DNA of 49,778 nucleotides from a virus (Duplodnaviria; Heunggongvirae; Uroviricota; Caudoviricetes): IMG/VR virus record IMGVR_UViG_2579778554_000010; one strand, 5' to 3'. Shown piece by piece: positions 45,184 to 49,778 of this stretch (position 1 is its first letter; each line of letters starts with the position of its first letter). The notes under the pieces were generated by a model. It saw only the letters and a program-made list of their open reading frames with translations, ran no database searches and was not told where the DNA came from. The position numbers and the translations under genes were made by a program.

Positions 45184-48100
45184 ATGGGAAAAGGTGGCGG
45201 TAAGGCACACACGCCTCGTGAGGCGAAGGATAATCTCAAATCCACGCAGATGATGAGTGTGATTGATGCGATTGGTGAGGGACCGATAGAAGGTCCGGTG
45301 AAGGGACTGCAGAGTATTCTGGTGAACAAAACCCCACTGACGGACACGGACGGCAATCCCGTGATACACGGTGTGACGGCGGTCTGGCGTGCCGGGGAGC
45401 AGGAGCAGACACCACCGGAAGGCTTTGAGTCCTCCGGAGCTGAAACCGGACTGGGTGTGGAAGTGACGAAGGCAAAGCCGGTGACGCGCACCATTACGTC
45501 CGCGAACATTGACCGCCTGCGGGTTACCTTCGGGGTGCAGTCACTGGTGCAGACCACGTCAAAGGGCGACCGTAACCCGGCATCCGTCCGCCTGCTGATT
45601 CAGTTACAGCGTAATGGCCGCTGGGTGACGGAAAAGGATGTCACCATTAACGGCAAGACCACCTCGCAGTTCCTGGCCTCGGTGATTCTGGATAATCTGC
45701 CGCCCCGGCCCTTTAACATCCGGATGGTCCGGGAGACGGCGGACAGCACCACGGACCAGTTGCAGAACAGAACGCTCTGGTCATCGTACACTGAAATCAT
45801 CGATGTGAAACAGTGCTACCCGAACACGGCCATTGTGGGGCTGCAGGTGGATGCGGAGCAGTTCGGCGGCCAGCAGATGACGGTGAACTACCATATCCGC
45901 GGTCGCATCATTCAGGTGCCGTCAAACTATGACCCGGAAAAACGCACGTACAGTGGTATCTGGGACGGCAGTCTGAAACCGGCATACAGCAACAATCCGG
46001 CCTGGTGTCTGTGGGACATGCTGACTCACCCGCGCTACGGCATGGGAAAACGTCTGGGGGCGGCGGATGTGGACAAGTGGGCGCTGTATGCCATCGGGCA
46101 GTACTGCGACCAGACGGTCCCGGATGGTTTCGGGGGGACCGAGCCGCGGATGACCTTTAATGCGTACCTGGCACAACAGCGTAAGGCGTGGGACGTTCTC
46201 AGTGATTTCTGCTCTGCGATGCGCTGTATGCCGGTATGGAACGGTCAGACGCTGACGTTCGTTCAGGACCGCCCGTCGGATGTGGTGTGGCCGTACACCA
46301 ACAGCGATGTGGTGGTGGATGATAACGGCGTGGGATTCCGCTACAGCTTCAGTGCCCTGAAGGACCGGCACACGGCGGTGGAGGTGAATTACACCGACCC
46401 GCAGAACGGCTGGCAGACATCCACGGAACTGGTGGAAGACCCGGAAGCCATACTGCGCTACGGACGCAACCTGCTGAAGATGGACGCGTTCGGCTGTACC
46501 AGCCGCGGTCAGGCCCACCGTGCCGGGCTGTGGGTGATAAAGACCGAACTGCTGGAAACGCAGACGGTGGATTTCACGCTCGGGTCTCAGGGGCTGCGGC
46601 ACACACCCGGTGACATCATTGAAATCTGTGATAACGACTATGCCGGGACCCTGACCGGCGGACGTGTCCTGTCCATTGATGCTGCCACCCGCACCCTGAC
46701 GCTGGACCGTGAAGTGACACTGCCGGAGACCGGTGCCGCCACGGTGAACCTGATTAACGGCAGTGGTAAGCCGGTGAGTGTGGACATCACCGAACACCCC
46801 GCGCCGGACCGGATACAGGTCAGTACCCTGCCTGATGGTGTGGAGACATACGGGGTGTGGGGACTCTCCCTGCCGTCACTGCGCCGTCGCCTGTTCCGCT
46901 GTGTCTCCGTCCGGGAAAACACGGACGGCACCTTTGCCATCACGGCGGTGCAGCACGTACCGGAAAAAGAAGCCATCGTGGATAACGGTGCCCGCTTTGA
47001 GCCGCAGTCAGGTTCCCTGAACAGCGTCATCCCACCGGCAGTGCAGCACCTGACGGTGGAGGTGAGCGCAGCTGACGGCCAGTATCTGGCGCAGGCGAAA
47101 TGGGACACGCCGCGGGTGGTGAAGGGTGTGCGCTTCAGTCTGCGCCTGACCAGTGGTAAGGGAGCGGATGCCAGACTGGTGACCACCGCCATCACTGCCG
47201 ATACGGAGCACCGTTTCAGTGGCCTGCCACTGGGGGAATACACCCTGACGGTCAGGGCGATTAACAGTTATGGCCAGCAGGGCGAACCGGCCACCACCAC
47301 CTTCCGGATTAACGCGCCAGCAAAACCCGCCACCATTGAACTGACGCCGGGGTATTTTCAGATAACGGCGGTCCCGCGTCTTGCGGTGTATGACCCGACG
47401 GTACAGTTTGAATTCTGGTTCTCAGAAAAACGCATCACGAACACAGCACAGGTGGAAAAATCTGCCCGTTATCTGGGGACCGGCAGTCAGTGGACTGTCC
47501 AGGGGAGCCGGATTAAGCCGGGGACGGATTTCTGGTTTTACGTGCGAAGCGTCAACCTGGTGGGAAAATCTGCTTTTGTGGAAGCCAGCGGGCAGCCCAG
47601 CAATGATGGTGAAGGGTATCTGGAAATTTTCCGGGGGCTGATAGATGAGACGCTTCTGGGCCAGGCACTGAAAGAGCGCATTGATGCTTCAGCGCTGCGT
47701 ACGGAGGTCACGCAACTGGAAGAAGATATCCGTCAGCGGATGGACACGGATATCGCAGAAGTGACCCGGAAAATCGGGAAGGCGGAAAACAGCCTCACGC
47801 AGCTGGTTGCGAAAAAGAATGAGGACCAGACACTGGCCATCGCGCAGGTGAGCCAGAAAGTGGACCGGGTGAGCAGTGAAATCTCACAGACTGTCAGCCA
47901 GGGGCAGTCAGAAAACGCCCGACAGATAGCACAGGTCCGCCAGTACGTGGATAAAAAAGGGAGTGAAATTACCTCGACCACGGATAAAAAGCTGGGTGAC
48001 CAGGCCGTGACCATACAGCAAATCCAGCGGGTTCAGTCAGACACGCGCAATGAGCTGAATGCCATGTATATGCTGAAGGTGCAGAAAACAAAAAACGGTA

Positions 48101-48876
48101 TTCCCTATGTGGCCGGGATTGGCGCGGGGATTGAGGATGTTGATGGTCAGACCCTGAGTAACATTCTGCTGCAGGCCGATCGCATTGCGATGATTACCCC
48201 GGAGAACGGCAACACCACGCCGCTGTTTGTGGCGCAGGGGAATCAGCTGTTCATGAACGACGTGTTCCTGAAGCGACTGTTTGCGGTGAGCATCACGTCA
48301 TCCGGCAATCCTCCGACGTTTTCCCTGACGCCGGATGGCAGGCTGACAGCCCGCAATGCGGATATCAGTGGAGCCATCACGGCGAATACCGGCACGCTCA
48401 ATAATGTCACCATTAACGAGAACTGTGTCATCAGAGGGAAACTGTCTGCAAACCAGATTGAAGGCGATCTCGTTAAAACAGTGGGTAAGGCTTTCCCCCG
48501 TGACTCCCGTGCACCGAAGCGTTGGCCATCAGGAACCATTACCGTCAGGGTTTATGACGATCAGCCGTTTAACCGGCAGATTGTTATTCCGGCGGTGGCT
48601 TTCAGCGGTGCCAGACATGAGCGGGAGAACAGCGATACTTATTCGTCATGCCGCCTGATAGTGAAGAAAAACGGTGCTGAAATTTATAACCGTACCGCGA
48701 TGGATAATACGCTGGTTTACAGTGGTGTTATTGATATGCCTGCTGGTCGCGGCCACATGACGCTGGAGTTTTCTGTATCAGCATGGTGGGTAAATGGCTG
48801 GTATCCCACAGCAAGTATCAGCGATTTGCTGGTTGTTGTGATGAAGAAAGCCACTGCAGGCATCACGATTAGCTGA
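45184..48876 (+). CDS. J: Central tail fiber / host specificity protein J
   Basis: 1230 aa, lambda gpJ-like N-terminal and central domains. Confidence 0.95.
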   Translation: MGKGGGKAHTPREAKDNLKSTQMMSVIDAIGEGPIEGPVKGLQSILVNKTPLTDTDGNPVIHGVTAVWRAGEQEQTPPEGFESSGAETGLGVEVTKAKPVTRTITSANIDRLRVTFGVQSLVQTTSKGDRNPASVRLLIQLQRNGRWVTEKDVTINGKTTSQFLASVILDNLPPRPFNIRMVRETADSTTDQLQNRTLWSSYTEIIDVKQCYPNTAIVGLQVDAEQFGGQQMTVNYHIRGRIIQVPSNYDPEKRTYSGIWDGSLKPAYSNNPAWCLWDMLTHPRYGMGKRLGAADVDKWALYAIGQYCDQTVPDGFGGTEPRMTFNAYLAQQRKAWDVLSDFCSAMRCMPVWNGQTLTFVQDRPSDVVWPYTNSDVVVDDNGVGFRYSFSALKDRHTAVEVNYTDPQNGWQTSTELVEDPEAILRYGRNLLKMDAFGCTSRGQAHRAGLWVIKTELLETQTVDFTLGSQGLRHTPGDIIEICDNDYAGTLTGGRVLSIDAATRTLTLDREVTLPETGAATVNLINGSGKPVSVDITEHPAPDRIQVSTLPDGVETYGVWGLSLPSLRRRLFRCVSVRENTDGTFAITAVQHVPEKEAIVDNGARFEPQSGSLNSVIPPAVQHLTVEVSAADGQYLAQAKWDTPRVVKGVRFSLRLTSGKGADARLVTTAITADTEHRFSGLPLGEYTLTVRAINSYGQQGEPATTTFRINAPAKPATIELTPGYFQITAVPRLAVYDPTVQFEFWFSEKRITNTAQVEKSARYLGTGSQWTVQGSRIKPGTDFWFYVRSVNLVGKSAFVEASGQPSNDGEGYLEIFRGLIDETLLGQALKERIDASALRTEVTQLEEDIRQRMDTDIAEVTRKIGKAENSLTQLVAKKNEDQTLAIAQVSQKVDRVSSEISQTVSQGQSENARQIAQVRQYVDKKGSEITSTTDKKLGDQAVTIQQIQRVQSDTRNELNAMYMLKVQKTKNGIPYVAGIGAGIEDVDGQTLSNILLQADRIAMITPENGNTTPLFVAQGNQLFMNDVFLKRLFAVSITSSGNPPTFSLTPDGRLTARNADISGAITANTGTLNNVTINENCVIRGKLSANQIEGDLVKTVGKAFPRDSRAPKRWPSGTITVRVYDDQPFNRQIVIPAVAFSGARHERENSDTYSSCRLIVKKNGAEIYNRTAMDNTLVYSGVIDMPAGRGHMTLEFSVSAWWVNGWYPTASISDLLVVVMKKATAGITIS

Positions 48877-48943
48877 ATTTTATAACCCCAATACGGGCGC
48901 CAGAAATGGCGCCTTTTTTATTGCAGAAAAGCGAGAGGTAATT

Positions 48944-49543
48944 ATGCGTAAAGTTTGTGCAGCCATTTTGTCCGCAGCCATCTGTCTGTCCGTATCCGGT
49001 GCGCCTGCATGGGCGTCTGAACATCAGTCCACACTGAGCACAGGGTATCTTCATGCCCGTACGAACGCTCCCGGCAGCGATAATCTGAACGGGATTAACG
49101 TGAAATACCGTTATGAGTTTACGGACACGCTGGGGCTGGTGACGTCATTCAGTTATGCCAATGCCAAAGATGAGCAAAAAACGCATTACAGCGATACCCG
49201 CTGGCATGAAGATTCCGTGCGTAACCGCTGGTTCAGCGTGATGGCGGGGCCGTCTGTACGCGTGAATGAATGGTTCAGCGCGTATGCAATGGCGGGTATG
49301 GCTTACAGCCGAGTGTCGACCTTCTCCGGGGATTATCTCCGCGTAACTGACAACAAGGGGAAAACGCACGATGTGCTGACCGGAAGTGATGACGGTCGCC
49401 ACAGCAATACGTCTCTGGCGTGGGGGGCTGGCGTGCAGTTTAACCCGACCGAATCCGTGGCCATTGATATTGCTTATGAAGGCTCCGGCAGTGGTGACTG
49501 GCGCACTGACGGTTTCATCGTGGGGGTCGGTTATAAATTCTGA
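48944..49543 (+). CDS. lom: Outer membrane protein Lom (Ail/Lom family)
   Basis: Signal peptide plus beta-barrel pattern ending GFIVGVGYKF, similar to lambda Lom. Confidence 0.9.
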   Translation: MRKVCAAILSAAICLSVSGAPAWASEHQSTLSTGYLHARTNAPGSDNLNGINVKYRYEFTDTLGLVTSFSYANAKDEQKTHYSDTRWHEDSVRNRWFSVMAGPSVRVNEWFSAYAMAGMAYSRVSTFSGDYLRVTDNKGKTHDVLTGSDDGRHSNTSLAWGAGVQFNPTESVAIDIAYEGSGSGDWRTDGFIVGVGYKF

Positions 49544-49570
49544 TTAGCCAGGTAACACAGTGTTATGACA

Positions 49571-49597
49571 GCCCGCCGGTTCAGGCGGGCTTTTTTG
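49571..49597 (+). terminator. Intrinsic terminator after lom
   Basis: GCCCGCC-GGTTCA-GGCGGGC hairpin followed by TTTTTTG. Confidence 0.7.
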
Positions 49598-49607
49598 TGG
49601 AGTGGAT

Positions 49608-49778
49608 ATGGCAGCAGTAAAAATCTCAGGTGTGCTGAAAGATGGTGCGGGAAAACCAATACAGAACTGCACTATTCAGCTGAAGGCAAAGCGTAACAGC
49701 ACCACGGTACTGGTGAACACGGTGGCCTCTGAAAATCCGGATGAAGCCGGGCGTTACAGCATGGATGTTGAGTATGGC
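49608..49778 (+). CDS. stf: Side tail fiber protein Stf, N-terminal fragment (cut by window end)
   Basis: MAAVKISGVLKDGAGKPIQNCTIQLKAKRNSTTVLVNTVASENPDEAGRYSMDVEYG closely matches the lambda Stf N-terminus. Confidence 0.9.
   Translation, partial: MAAVKISGVLKDGAGKPIQNCTIQLKAKRNSTTVLVNTVASENPDEAGRYSMDVEYG

Noticed and set aside
44924-45208. 94-aa minus-strand ORF in the I-J spacer
   Set aside because: Would have to encode a perfect 12-bp hairpin and overlap the J start; more plausibly non-coding.
45922-46797. 291-aa minus-strand ORF inside J
   Set aside because: Antisense to the gpJ homologue; no start context.
1-49778. IS elements or transposase genes
   Set aside because: No transposase-like ORF or terminal inverted repeats recognised by eye; the cargo appears to have been acquired by recombination at terminators, not by transposition.

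Overview
This window is a near-complete lambdoid prophage of Escherichia coli type, running from the 3' end of the integrase gene at position 1 to the start of the side tail fiber gene at the right edge; attL and attR lie outside the window. Gene order (left to right): int-xis-exonuclease, then a Qin-like dicB/dicF/ydfABC early-left operon (minus strand), a CI-type repressor divergent from a cro-like gene, O-like and P-like replication genes with iterons, a nin-like run of small ORFs, a hok-type toxin, DUF968 and rusA, antiterminator Q, a DNA methyltransferase, three tRNAs, a sialate O-acetylesterase, the lysis cassette (holin, SAR endolysin, Rz/Rz1), cos, and a lambda-like head and tail module (Nu1 through J, lom, stf). 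The late region has the architecture of a Shiga-toxin phage but no stx genes: a TerB-like gene sits where stx would be. All calls rest on reading the translations and motifs by eye; no database search was run. The best candidates for something undescribed are: (1) an AT-rich two-gene cassette at 14.1-16.0 kb, flanked by identical terminator copies, encoding an unknown 216-aa protein plus an HTH-XRE/HEXXH metallopeptidase fusion; (2) a 296-aa unknown gene inserted between holin and endolysin; (3) a convergent unknown gene pair inserted into the dicB operon; (4) two tandem terminator-capped non-coding modules upstream of the esterase gene; (5) a TonB-C-like lipoprotein after Rz.
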